Assembly: GCA_046563655.1 (NCBI GenBank)
Contig: CM102290.1
Span: forward strand, 2,108,001 to 2,172,000
Length of the DNA: 64,000 bases
Direction of reading: 5' to 3'
From: Yuukianura sp. NJ FZ-2021
Taxonomy: Eukaryota
Shown: positions 26,601-39,557 of the stretch, piece by piece
How the letters are laid out: each line of letters starts with the position of its first letter
Numbering within the stretch: the stretch's first letter is position 1
Made by a program: the position numbers and the translations under genes
The notes under the pieces: generated by a model
What the model was told of the DNA's origin: nothing
What the model saw: the letters and a program-made list of their open reading frames with translations, nothing else
Database searches by the model: none

Positions 26601-29600
26601 ATGAAAGCGCTTGGCATCATTTTGGGACTTGTCGTTCAGCTCAAGTCAGAGTGTTCTTCAAATCGACTCGTTTTGTACCAGGTTTCCATGGAAACGCATT
26701 GGTCACAGGCGGACTTCCCAAAAGACTACCCCAAGTTCAGGCCGTAAGGATAAAGTCAAGGTTGATATAGCGCCCATTTATACAAATGCACTAACAGGTT
26801 ATGCCATAACTGACATTTTTCAAAAAAAAAAAAATTCACGGAAAAACAACTTTTGTACGAATTTGGTGTGAATTCCGTTTGCGTTACACAGCTCGAGGTC
26901 AACGAATCGAAGGAAAAACTCAAAACAAACAATTTTTTTAAAACAGGACTTATGGCATAACCTGTTAAGGAAAACACAAAAAATTTCGATTTACACAACG
27001 TTGGATACAGTTAAGTTAAGTTACACATTAAAACTGATAAATTTTTTTTTTTCAAATTCTTAAAAATCAAACAAAATGTTGATTTTTGTTTACTGTAGAC
27101 CTGCGCAGTGGTCAAAACTAGTTGGCCGCACGCACAACTCCGAGTTCCAGCTGTACCGCTTAGGAAGTTTTGCTTCGGTTGGGCTAAAGCAATTTGCGGA
27201 AAGTGGAAGTAGTGACATAATTGATGCTTGGACGCAGGGAAGACCTGGCGTATGTGACGCCTTCACGGCTGCTCCAATCCAGGAAGGTGTAGGGGTAACG
27301 GAGACGCAGTTCTTTGCTGATGGCAACCATTCTAAGGTAGACTAACCGAAACTCACATGACAAATGAACCACTTTCCCACTCCGTCCTATCACTGGCAAA
27401 TCATGGTATTTTTCAAATGGAACCTCATTTACCTCCGCCTGACGGGTTAAGTGACCCACAGTCTCCGCACGACAGGTCACTGCATCAAACTCACACAGGG
27501 TCACCTCTCAACACTACTCAAACCCATTCCCGCTTTTTCTCAAATTTTTCAATTTCCCACTTTCTTTTTAAAAAAATGGACAACCATTCGGTTTCTTTTT
27601 TGCTGAAATGTTTTCGTCGTGGTCACTTCATTATTTTCATTTAAAAGTTTCCGTGCCGCTATGTGACGGTTTTTGGAAGGCATCTGCGTCGCGTCACTTT
27701 TATTTACAAAAACGACTTTTTTTTAATTTAAAGTTTTTGGCGCTCTTTTTTTTATCTGGACTGCAGAAAGTAGTCAGTGATAAACTGCCATTGTGCGTTC
27801 TATTCTCTGTATGTGGTGGGTTGTTAAAATGAAAAAGGGGCATAAGAGTGTCTTGGAATGTTTTGAATTTGACGCTTTAGAGTGAATACGAAAGAAAACG
27901 ACGGGAGCTAGTTAAATTCTAAAGGACTTTTTCCTTAGATTAATCGATAGAGCACTTCCTCAGATTCTGAGAATTGGGACTACTAGAGGGAGAAAAGATG
28001 GGCTGACAGAGAAAGCATATTTATTATGAGGACAGTTCGAAAATGGGCGGGAAAAACACTTTCAAAACGCCACTTTGTATTTGAATTACAGACAACCTTT
28101 GTTTCTCATCCACCTCAGCTACTTTTCCCGCCAAATTTATTTTTTGTTCATTAATCTATCCAATTTATGTTTGAATTTAGGTTAGTCTCGTGGCTAAAAT
28201 CATACCATCTCCAGGTGAGTTTAAAAAAATTATGAAGCTCCATCTAGTTTTTGCATGAGTTAACGCATGAAACGCTTTCGAAGTTGGAACTTGATTTTCC
28301 ACCAAATTTTGAATTTTCAAACGAATTTTTTTAAAATAAAATTTTGAAATTGTTTTTTTTTCTAATTTTGAGATTGGTTCGTGGGCGTAGATTCGTTGGA
28401 CCTTTGTGCAGAGAGTACAGATGAGTGGGTCCGGCGGCTACAAATGGACGTAAGAAATTGAAATCCCCCCGAAATATTCACACCTCCCCGAATGTTGAAC
28501 AGCCTTAAGTCTGTTCTTACTCAAAAATTTATGTTTCCAACTTCTTTTTGACAGGTCGATGGACTGGATGCGGGTACGGATAATGGTAATAAAAAAAACC
28601 AAAACCAATTTCAATAAGTTCATATTTTATTTTCCACTGTCTCATTTGCTCCTCACTTTCACAACCACACCACCATCATTACTCAAGCTCACTCGACCGA
28701 GACTCCGCTGTTTCTTCTGGACACTATCTCCTCCCTAGCGTTATTGAAATTGCCTTAAAACTTTCAATTTTTGCCCATTTTCACCCATTTTAGGCTAAAA
28801 TGTAGACAAGGTGATGAGAAACTTTCAATTTTTTCACTTTTTAAAGCTTCTTTTTATGACTTAACCCCAAGAATCTCATTTTAGTGTTGCGGTGTCCTTG
28901 AACCTTAATTGACTCACCATAACTTTTTTTTTGTTTATTTTTACAAATTATGGGTCTGCTCAACTACAACCAAGCTATGAAAAACTTATTTGCAGAAATT
29001 TCCAAACTCGTCTAACCTTATTTTTTGAAAACTGTCTTAGAAAGTGAGTTTTCAATAAGAATTTTTTCGGAGAGAGCGGCCAATTACTGAAAAGAGAAAC
29101 CAATTCTTTTCCTTGGATGGAATTCATTTGTCTGCTCATCGAGCGATGAGCAGGAAAGGCAAGAGTTAGCACGAAAAGAGAAGCACGATAAGTGAAAAGC
29201 GAAGTTTCGGCTCCAAAAGTGAAAATTGAAGGAGAAAGTGGTGAGAGAAAACGCAGATCAATTGAGAGTTTTAATTTCTATTTTCTGCAGGCTACACATT
29301 CACGGCACCAAAATGGCCTTCTCTTGTAAGTTTTGAATTATTTTCAACCCCCTCCCCTCCCCTTCTATGTAAAAATTTGGATACATTCTTAGCCGCAAGA
29401 AGCCATTTATGAGATAACGCCTGGACGTCCCACTCACCCTGCCGGGTCTTTTTTCTACCCCAACCGAACCAGGCATAGACCCATCGCCACCTTCACTTTT
29501 ACCAAAGTAAGACACGACCACGCTACTCTCACTTTGTGTGTACACAGTGAGCCATAAAAAGGCTGCAACGCTTTCACTGGAAGTTGATTTTTAAATCGTG

Positions 29601-30534
29601 CTTTCACAGGTACAGCTTTCAGATCTATTAAACTAGACGAAGCTGGCTCGTGTAGTAGATGCTGCCCAATGTGTCTTGAAAACAAAAGTTAATTTTCTTT
29701 AACATGTTGAGCACTACATCGCTTGTTGACAAAAAATGAAAAAAAATTAAAAAAACAAAAACAAAAATTGGTACCAATATTGGCACTAATCCAAAAAATT
29801 GCTACCAATTCCTATTCAAAATTTTAAAAAACTGGCTGTATTGTTATAACTACAATGCACTGAGCAATGCAACCTGTTGAAGAAAATTAAAGTCAACAAA
29901 CCTTGATGCTGCCATTACTTTCACTTTTTGAATTATAATTAACAATTGGCTGTAGAAGCGCAATTTAAAATCAACTTCCGGAGAAAGTGTTGCAGCCTTT
30001 TTATTGCTCTCTGGACAACCCTCAGATAGCTTTTTGGCTAAAAGTGTTGCCTTAAAATTGTAAAATTTTCAAATTCTCAAAAGAAACTTTCAAATTTTGG
30101 TTTGTAGTTGAAGGAATACTCACTTTGGCCCGAGTCGAATGACCTACCTCCCGAAAGACACGTCAAAAATTTGCACAAGCGACATGGAACAGAGTCTAGT
30201 CTTGAGTTTGAACCCTTAAACGTTACGCCAAAACGAAAAAAGTCTCGTAAATCGAAAGGTTGCCAAAACAAAGCGAAGCTAAATTTTGTCTTTGTTTTTT
30301 ATCAAAATTTGAAAGTTTTTTTTTTTGTTGTCAGGTCGGAGAGACTGCGTTGTTTCAAAATGGACCAAATGGTCTGACTGTACTTCGAAAACATGCGACT
30401 TGAGTGAACAGTATCGTACGCGCTCCGTTCTAGTCCACCCGCGTCTCCCTGGTGGATCGCCATGTCCACCACTACTGGAGAAAAAGATTTGTGTTCCAGA
30501 CAAAGGCTGTCAGTCAAATCTGTTTGACTGGTGA
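26601..30534 (+). CDS. Spondin-2/mindin-like protein (Spond_N + one TSP1), 340 aa; exons 26601-26743, 27099-27336, 28181-28214, 28373-28449, 28555-28585, 29291-29325, 29393-29506, 30108-30258, 30335-30534
   Basis: Spliced in phase: hydrophobic N-terminus, WSQADFPKDYPKFRPPAQWS, ASVGLKQFAESG, PSPDWFVGVDSLDLC, LDAGTDNGYTFTAP, HPAGSFFYP, then TSP1 DCVVSKWTKWSDC...YRTRSV...GGSPCPPL; ends NLFDW*. Confidence 0.92.
26757..27003 (+). mobile_element. hAT-type MITE related to family C, 13 nt after the spondin intron-1 donor
   Basis: CAAGGTTG...CAACGTTG; flanks gataaagt/gatacagt (7/8); subterminal aacaggttatgccataa/ttatggcataacctgtt. Confidence 0.75.
29545..30013. mobile_element. Foldback MITE with ~65-bp TIRs hosting a nested hAT MITE (spondin intron 7)
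   Basis: cagtgagccataaaaaggctgcaacgctttcactggaagttgattttt... is the inverse of ...aaaatcaacttccggagaaagtgttgcagcctttttattgctctctg. Confidence 0.8.
29667..29905 (+). mobile_element. hAT-type MITE, family A (nested)
   Basis: CAATGTGTCTTGAAAAC...GTCAACAAACCTTG; perfect 8-bp TSD atgctgcc. Confidence 0.9.
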
Positions 30535-32205
30535 TAAAAACACCGAGATGGGAAAGAGTAGACAGAGGCGGGAAACTTCAAAATTCAAAGGGAAACCTCA
30601 ACTTTCTCCTCGGGCGAAAAAGAAGAAAGGAACGCAGAGTTTTGCTCCTTTGATGTTTTAAAATAAATACACTTCTTGAACTTTCGTCTTCAAGTCAAAA
30701 TTATTCCTAATAATTAGTTTTCCTCTCAAACAACTCTCAGATTCTTACTCCGCCCGCACAATCCAAAAGAATTTTCACTCCCTCCCCTCTCTGTTCCTTC
30801 TCAAGTCTCTACTTCTCGACCACAAAATGTTTGAAAACAATTTTGACAAAGTTTTGGCCAGAAATACGTTTTGAGGAAAACTCAAAATGACTCTCGTTTT
30901 TCAAAATATAATGTTCTAGTAGTTAGTAGTAAAAACAAAAACTTTTTGCAAAAGTGAGTGAAAGGAAGAGAAAGTCAATGCAAGTATCATCGTCTTATTC
31001 TTCATCACCTTTTTCGTTTTTTTTAAGGAGAAGAGAAGAGAAGAAAACTTTTTGTTCAAATATTTGCGTCGAAGTACGTGAAAACTTTCACAATTAAAAT
31101 GAAAATTTTCGGGACATTAGATGCTCTCGATTAATTCATCTTTTTGAGCAGTGATAATTAACCAAACTAACTCCGAGTGGTAGCACATGCCATTGCTCCG
31201 AATGAAATACTCCGAAGCGAATTGCTCCACATGTGCAGTTACCATTTGGGTGTAAATTGTTACTTTTATTATCGGGATGCAATGTTCAGGGTTTTAAACA
31301 GGGTGGGTTAAGTTTCATTGGTAATGTACATTCAGTGTTGCCAACTCATGGAATTAGCTCTTATTGTTTTCGATATAATCACCTGGGTTTTGAAACGTTT
31401 TAGAAATTGTTAACACTTGAAAGAATTTTGAAGATAATAACTAAGCACATACAAGTTAATTACATATTTCTAACTATCTTACATGAAATTAATAATGCTT
31501 ATATAATTAATTATATGTAAGGTTATTCGGTTAGATTACCTTAAAATTTTTGAAACATAAAGTTGTCTTAATTTTACGACTTAATCAATTAGAGTAGAAA
31601 TTAATGAATTGATTTCGTGAGTTATGAATAGCCTCTTTTGATTTGTTAGCCTCATTTAATTGGCTTCCTTTTCAAAACGTAAGACAATAGCTTTCTCTTG
31701 TGGCAGTTTCACAAAGTTATACGTTCCAAAGAGATCTCTGTCCAAAACTTTCACTCTAGCATAACTAACCTAACTCACCTAAAGCTACGCTCGGATAGGA
31801 AGATCAAAATGTTAATAACAGCATCTAACGTATTATATCGTGATAGTCCATAGTTGAGGCGGTCAAGCTGCATATTTTCACTTGGGTTCACTGTAAGTTA
31901 GTAAGAGCTGCAAATTTTTTGGAATTCTTAACAACCAGTTAAAAAGCAAGAATTTTTTGAAAAATTATCGTTTTTGATAAAAAAAAATATGCATGACATA
32001 GATCACATCGGAGAAAAAAAAACTTAAAGAAGGAGAAACATATGGAGATGGGAGAAAGCAGCTTTCTTTTTCCACCTTGCAGAATCAATTATTAGCAAAT
32101 TCGACGAAAAGAGCAATACTCGCCAATTTTGTATGGGACCATAAAAACGAAGGTTTTTTTAAGCGAAATTTTTTGAAAAAAAATTTAGACTGTTATATTT
32201 TAGCG

Positions 32206-35200
32206 CTAACTCTCTGTCCAGTTGAAGAGTGGTCGGTGATGACGTCTTGGATGTGAATTTCTTGGACCCCCTTTTCAAAAACCAATATGAAAATAACTTA
32301 AACATCAAAATAATTTTTCAGAATTTTGAAATTTCAAGAAATATTTTTTTTCAAAAGTGGACACTCTGAGTCTCAGTGCTTACGAAATCTCTTGTGCTTC
32401 TTTTTGGTAGCTGCAGTGTCATTGTTCTGTTGACCTTCGTTCTGCGTAAGGTAGGTCATGAAATCAGTAGACAATTGTGGTTTTTGTGACTGTTGAATCA
32501 CAGTTTTCACTTTGGTGGGATTTGGTGCAGTGGACTCTAGTTGTCGAATGCTTACTCTGGAATTGGACATGGATTCAGTTGGACCTGTGTCGTACTTGAG
32601 TGACTGCAGATTGTATACTTGACTCAGCTCGTACTCTTTCACCTTTCAAAAAAATGTACAAATGAGTTTTGAAATTGTTAAGTTTGTTAAATACACCTCA
32701 TTCTGTAAATAAGCAACTAAAAACCTCAGGACTTTCTCCATTTCTTGGCGTGGGCCTCAGTGAGGCTTCCTTTAAGGCCGCACTGAGGCCTTATTGAAAA
32801 GAAATGGAGAAAGGTTTGAGGTTTTTAGTTCCTTATTTAGAGAATGCACTGTACTGTGAATCTCACTTTGTCAAATTGGAACATTGCAATTGGTGGATGT
32901 TGATCTCTGTCAGCATAGTAGAAAGAGGAGGCGGGATGATTTGGATTTTTGGTTGTTAGGCGACTTACGACAGAGTATGGTTCACTACGCCAATTTGGAG
33001 CTGTTCAAAATTTGAGAAAATTATGAGATGAACGTAACCTTGTTAGGCTAACCTAGTTAGGTTATGGATTTGAGGGAGCACTTACAAGTGAACGTGAGTC
33101 CGTTGTCAGTTCCTGCATCAAGTGGATGGCCCTGGACAAGTGATTAAATTTAATTAAATTTTATCAGCTAAAGTACTAATTAATTTAATTCTTTCGAAAA
33201 AACAGAAAATTTAATAGCTAATTAAATTAAAAGTAAAGTAAAACCTCAATTGTGAGACTGCTAACCCACGTTCCATCGTTGCACAAGTCAATGTTATCTA
33301 AGCCCACGAACCAGTCTGGGCTTGGAACCAACCTTTTCAAAATTTGAGCACACAAAATTTCGAACTTTTGTTTCCAATTTTTTTTTCACGGTATTGTTTA
33401 TGTAATTAAATTAAATGAATACTCACCTGGCCATTAGAGAAACCTAAAGAACGAAACCAAAAAAGTTCAAACTCAAATTCAACAAAATTTTGAAAAATTA
33501 ATTAAAGCGTGTTTTACTTTCGAATGATTTCCGTCCACAAAAAATTCAGCTTCAGTTTCGCCTACTCCGAGGATTGGTGGGGCATTGAATTCATCAAAAA
33601 TGGCTCCAGCTCCCTGCGAAATGTCATTCAGCACGTCCGAAGTGCCCGTTTCAGCAAACACACGCACGCCCTCTGTCACTCGCTCGTCCATCCGAAACAA
33701 CTTGAACTTGTCATTATGTGATCGCCCTTTAAAAAACAAAGTTAAAAAAAATGTTTGATACTGCCCAAACCTTCTCTTTTTTATTCAAGGTTCCATGACA
33801 ACCAAATTGTATTTTCTACAACAGGTTGCCCAATAACTCATGGTTTCCAAAAACCTTACTTCAAACAAATTTCAGCACCAATTCCTATTACATTGCATAC
33901 AAATCATTGTCATAGAAAGGCACGGCGAAACTTTTGCAAATTATTTAGGAAAATTAAAAACGTGGAGTTATTGGACAACCTGTTGTAGAAATACCTTTTT
34001 GTTTGTTTACGAACCTTGGACCACATAGCTAATGTAAGTTTAGTTACAAAAGTTGTAATTCGTTTGACAAATGAAAGGTCATCCGCTGTGACCTTAAGCG
34101 GCTCATTTGGAGTGACATGGACAAAGTCTCCGTACTTTAGTAACTTCAGACACTGCCGAAATTTCTTTTGAAAAAACATGTTTTCCCGCCAAAAAATCCA
34201 CATAAAAATGAATTGGAGTCGATTGAAATTGAAAGAAAGTAATAAAAAGAAAGAGATACGGAGAAAGTACCCATCCATCAACACTCGACGGGTCAAATTG
34301 ACCTGGGTCAAGCCTCATTCGTCTCAATCTATTCAACTAAAAAGAGTAAGTTTTTCTTCTAGTTAGTTGACTTTTAGAGTTCGACGTTAATCAAAGTGTA
34401 GAAGATGGAAGAGGTTTGGTTTTAGAAAGTGATGCTTAATGCAACCCAACTAAAAGCTAAAGAAGGAAATTGTAATTAAAGTTAAGTTGCTCTCCACATC
34501 ACGTCTTTGTCTTTATTGCTTTCCCTTGCTCTCCTCATTCATTGAGTTTCAATTTCCGTTTTTGGCGGGGAAATGGAAGTGAAAGTGAGATAGTGGGGAG
34601 AAATGACTTATTAAATTCATGAGATCAAATCAAATTGACTCTTGACTGGGTTCATCCCATTGGAATCCACTTCCCTTCCAGAACCAGCCTCCTCAGATAT
34701 CCTGCTGAATCCTGGAAGTGAGTCACGTGATGATTGAATAATCACACTCCCATCATCCTCTCAAAGCGCTTTGGCTTCAAATTTCCCAGAGGCCCACAAT
34801 CACTTTCTCCGTCTCATAAAACCCTCAACGCATAACCTAGCCAGCATTCCAAAATCCACAATAATCACTACCTTAATTCCTATTCGTTGGGTTACAACTT
34901 TCACAATTTTCTTTTTAATTTGCGGTTTGATTTTGACGTGTAATTTTATGTTGTAGTGCTATGATATGTGACAACACTTTGCTACGTTATTTAACCTTGG
35001 ATCTATTCTACGTGTTGCTTAGAAACTTTTGAAACGTTGCTTTCGAAACAAACTTACGTTTGTTTCGAAAAGATGAACAAATTTTATAGAGGTCATTTTT
35101 TATGTTACTGAAGGAAACCGGTTGACAGACAGACAGACAGACAAGCTAGATGCATAAAGTAGCGACGCCTTCGCTGCTTAATAATAAAAAGGTATGTTTT

Positions 35201-37564
35201 CTTATTTAGGTTAGTCAGGTTGATATTGAAGATGTGTGGGGAGTGCACAGTTTGTTTGTTCTTTTGAAATTAAGAATTAGACGAGGGAAAAGAAGAAGAA
35301 GGGAAAAGTGTTAAATGATTTAGTTTGTTGAATCAATGGAACACGTCTGAAGGGGGAGTTACACTCTGAGAATGGAAATAGAATTCCAATCCCTCTCTCT
35401 TCTGCTCAATACGTTCAAACAGAAAAAGAGAAAGCTGAGATCAAACAAAAAGAAATCCAAATTCTGGGAGAAAACGTGTTGAATTCTCTTCCAGGAAATA
35501 AAGTGAAGTCCCACACGGAAATACTTGTTAATTAAAAACTTCACCCTAATGGGAAATGGAAGATGCCGAATTGGAAAATTGAAAGAAGAATGAAAAAAAA
35601 TGGTTGTAGAGGGCGCTTTGGATTCTTTAAGTGAAAGTGAAAATGGAATGGAAGTTTGCCTTAATCATTTTAATGGAAGACCAAGACACTTTTCGCCCAT
35701 TTCTTTTTTTTTGTCCGGTCTTTTTATTCTGAAAACAAAGTTTTGAAAACTTTGCATCATTTTTTTTATATTTCGTTACTTCCAGTTTCCATTTCAACAG
35801 AAAGAAGAAACAGTATAAATTTTTTGTTCAAAAAAAATTTTTTTTAAGAAAACTTTTCCACGTATTTCACTCCTCGAAAGGAAGTATTTAATTCTTCAAA
35901 GCCTCATCAATTTCTTTTTCTCCTCTCTCCTTTTTGAAACTCTGTAGCACGAAGTTTATAAAATGAAAGAAGCTTTCCTATTTTTCCAAAGTCAGCAAGA
36001 CGAAAGAAAACAATCAAAATAATTGAAAGGACTCGTTTATATCAGTATTTACGAAATGGCCACCCTCACTATTTCTTAAATAGCATTTGACCTTCATTTT
36101 ACAAAAAAAAAATTGTAAAAGTAGTAAGCAATTATTTTATACCAAGCGTTTTCAACTTATTTTTAAAACAGTTACAAGTCCGTGTCTCAGACAGACACGT
36201 TTCAGACACCAGAAAGTGCAAGACGAATTCAATGACGTCATTTCGCAGTCGTCAAATTGGTCTTTCACTGAACCACACTTAAAAAAATTAAATTAAAAAA
36301 TGTCAAGACCAGGTTATGAATTTTTTGAAAACCAAAAAGTGCACACGCGTAGAAGTTCTGAAATTGAGTTTTTCCCGGATATTATTTCAAAAAATGAGTT
36401 TCAGCCGGTTGGGACATTATTAGAGGCAAAAATGGACCAAAGTTCTATTGGCCACAAAGTTGACTGGACGAAATGACCTTGACCTTTGTCTTAGAATAAA
36501 TGAAGAGACTTTCATCCAGAAAATGGCTAAAGGCGCTAATTAGTTTGTGGCTAAAATTGAAAGAAGGAATAACGTGGAAGAAAGGGGTCACCCGAGACAG
36601 AACATGGAGCGTAGGTTGGTGGGAAAATTTGAAAAACCTCATCAGGTTGGACGTAAATCCATTAGGTGGGACAAGGAGAACCCACATCCCCCGCCCCCAC
36701 TTTCGCCCCCCAAAGCCAAAAGTTCGGAGAAATTGGAAGTTAACAGGGACGCAGACACTTACCAATGACTTTTGAGAAATGAGCTTTGGGTCTCCAGTCC
36801 GGAAAGTGTTTCCTATTTGAGAAATAAATCAATTAGAAAAGGCGCAGAGTTCCTTTCCATGTCAAGGGGTCAGCGAAGGGGGTGGCTGGGTGCAGTCGAT
36901 TCTTGTTGGACAGCCAGAAACTAATATTGTGCTAAAACAAGAATTCAAAGGCACACAAATTCAAATTCGGCTACTCCCGCCACAACTGGCTGAGGGAAGC
37001 AAGGTTTGTTGACTTTTGATTTTCTTTAACAGGTAGGGTAATACCTCGCATTTTTTTGATTTTGCAAAAAATAAACTATTTTTTTTCAGTCATCGTAGTC
37101 ATAACTTTTACCGCCAATTTTTTTAAATTTTGCATACAAATTGGTACCAAGTTTTTGGAGTGGTACTAAATCGGTACTATTTTTGTTTGTCAACAAGCGA
37201 GGTTGTACCCAACCTGTTAAAAAAAATTAACTTTTCGTTGTCATCGAAACCTTGACAGGAAGAGTCCCTTACCAAATTTAAACGTTAGCTTGGGTCTATA
37301 AAGTTAGGTTATTTGCTAAAGTAGAGATAGACAAAGACTTTACGGAAAGTTGTCACGACTCCAGCGTCCGCTCAGCCTAACTTTGTAGACGAGTAAAGTC
37401 TCATCTCGGTGACAGTCGTTTCCGCCACCAACCGACGACATCTCCGCTGGACTTCTCCTCTTCTGTCCGTATTTTCGTCCATTTTGTTTCCCCGAAACGA
37501 CTTCCGTCCAAAAGAGCCAACAGGAAAAGACGCTCAAGGTCGCCACCAAACTTGGGCATTTCAT
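32206..37564 (-). CDS. Spondin-like protein (Spond_N only, no TSP1), 362 aa; exons 37564-37344, 36812-36763, 33726-33518, 33443-33427, 33332-33245, 33131-33086, 33000-32867, 32642-32384, 32270-32206
   Basis: Signal peptide; WSRDNFP|KHFPDWRPKAHFSKVIG|RSH; FFVDGNHSK|VSLMAR|LVPSPDWFVGLDNIDLC; LDAGTDNGLTFT|SPNW; HPASSFYY; all junctions GT-AG and in phase; ends HHRPLFNWTES*. The last exon is the least certain. Confidence 0.88.
32694..32851. mobile_element. Near-complete palindromic MITE in spondin intron, TA-flanked
   Basis: ~48-bp arms cattctgtaaataagcaactaaaaacctca...tttctccatttctt / aagaaatggagaaa...tgaggtttttagttccttatttagagaatg, plus inner ggcctcagtg/cactgaggcc; right end CACTG-TA (Tc1-like). 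Confidence 0.8.
33786..34018 (+). mobile_element. hAT-type MITE, family B
   Basis: CAAGGTTCCATGACAACC...TTTACGAACCTTG; body matches 8522-8752; no TSD retained. Confidence 0.75.
35041..35186 (+). mobile_element. Helitron/Helentron-derived (HINE/DINE-like) remnant
   Basis: Perfect 13-bp palindrome at 35041-35070, (GACA)5 at 35124-35143, then 3' stem-loop AGTAGCGA-cgcct-TCGCTGCT followed by TAATAA. This arrangement is typical of arthropod HINEs. Confidence 0.55.
37000..37254 (-). mobile_element. hAT-type MITE, family A, inverted orientation (spondin intron 1)
   Basis: CAAGGTTTGTTGAC...GAAACCTTG; reverse complement of the family A body; flanks gagggaag/acaggaag (5/8). Confidence 0.85.
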
Positions 37565-39557
37565 TTTTTTTCAGCTACGAAGTACTTCCCAGGCAGGATT
37601 GAAATGTCGGGACCTCTGATGGCCTGTAGTTGCAATCCGAGTGACCAATGGACACGTCCGGACTAGTTCCCACCCAAACTCCGTCTGAACGTTAGGCTTC
37701 CCTTTTGATTGAACTTTTGTCACCGACGATCAGAGACTAAACAGCGGTTGGGGTACATAGAGAGACCACTGCCAAAGTCATCACGGCCAGAAAAACGAGA
37801 CAAGTTGGCTGTAAATGTTAAACAAGCATATGGGGAGACACCTCCTCCTCCGTCAGACTTCCCAGACCTCTTGTCTCCACTTTGTTCAACACTAAAACTG
37901 CAGGGCCGGAATGATTTTCACAAAAAAAGTTAATCAAAACTACGAATTTTTTAAAATTTTAAATATATTTAAACCTCGTAACTCTGTAAACCTTGCCTAG
38001 AATTTTGCTCATCATTTCCAAAATGCGATACCAAAATTTTTAAAATTATTTTTAAGAAACTCATTTATTTTATTTTTAAGAAACTCATTTATTTTAGACT
38101 TAGGTTGTACTAATGGCGTTTTCATTTCTTGTTTTGAGCCATACGGTACAATTTCTTCTGCCTCAAAAAGTTTTGAACCAGACTGTATTTTCCTACCCTG
38201 AAGTAATAGTAGCTGTTTAAGTGAGTTGACGTAATTTGTGAATTTGGCCTCCTGACGTATAGTCTATTGAGAGCAAAAGTCCTGAATCTCCTCCCAAATG
38301 CTCATCCCACATTAACAGAATTGCAATGTGAGTCTCGTTGATCTTGAAGATCGGATTAAGTCTTTGGCCCAAACGCTAAGTCAAGTCGCTTGAGCAGTTC
38401 CATTTTGTCCTGGATGAGATCCAAAGCCCATATAACCTCCAATCATCCCCAACGAGATGACTCACAATCAAAATAAGTGAGATGCAACCGGAGATCAGAG
38501 GTCACGGGGATCACTTGATCCAACTCCAATGTTTTGTGAAGTTTTAGTCCAATATGTTTTGATGCTGCGCAAACTTATCCCAAAAGTGTGTGCGTTTTGG
38601 TGGATGATGATTGATCAAGACGCGAAATGAACTCCGCTGCTTCCTCAAGTTTAAATAGAACCAGTGATGGATGGTCTGTCGAGTCCATTTCAAAATTTAT
38701 TTATATTTTCCAGGTGATCGGTCCAGGTCAAAAGAGAGGCTGGAGTATCGTAAAGTTCCAAATTTGTACCATTTTCACTCTGGAGGAATTCGGGCTTGAA
38801 AATATTAATAAAAGGATTGAATGAAATGAACTTTTGAAAATTGAGTTTGAGGCTCTCATTGGAATATGACGGTACTGGGAAGATTGTTGTGTCTGACAGG
38901 GAATAATAAATTGAGCTCTTTTTCCGACTGTGAGATGATGATCCACATATATGGACTCAAGTTTAACGTGGCTCAAGATGGAGCTTGTTAGAAAATTGAA
39001 TTGTTCCGCCAAAACCTTGAATATGGTTTTTGGGTGCCACGAAGGTGCTAAAATGTACATAAAAGTAAGTTGAGTAAGATACGATCTCCGTGCTTTTTAG
39101 TAAGCTCTCGTCTAAGTCTCAAAACATCACGCAAACCTCCACTCAATCCATAAAGATCTCAATTAATCATCGAATCCTTTGTTCATCTCTTTAAATTGCT
39201 CGGATGTACCGTAAAACTTCAAATAGAAACGAATTTTTGTTTAGACTGTACCGGTTTGGTTAAAAAGCGAACTTACATAAGTTGTGTCACAATTGCCAAA
39301 TTGTACCGAGGGCGCGTACGGAAGAAAACAACTCTATGGGAACATTTACGGTACTAGCACGACTTCTTTTGTATTTCCGTTCTGCACAGGTGTACCTGCA
39401 GAGATTCTATCGATGTCACTGATTTAGCCTTGCATGATACAGAACAATGAAATTGATTTCTTTAAGACTCATGGTGTGCAAGAAAGCCCCTCATAAAAGG
39501 CAAGCCGGTTTAGGAATTAGTTGACTAAGTAGTCTGATACGGTCAAGTCAAAATGTA

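Noticed and set aside
38048..38096. Tandem duplication of about 24 bp (atttttaagaaactcatttatttt)
   Set aside because: Ordinary local slippage duplication in AT-rich DNA.
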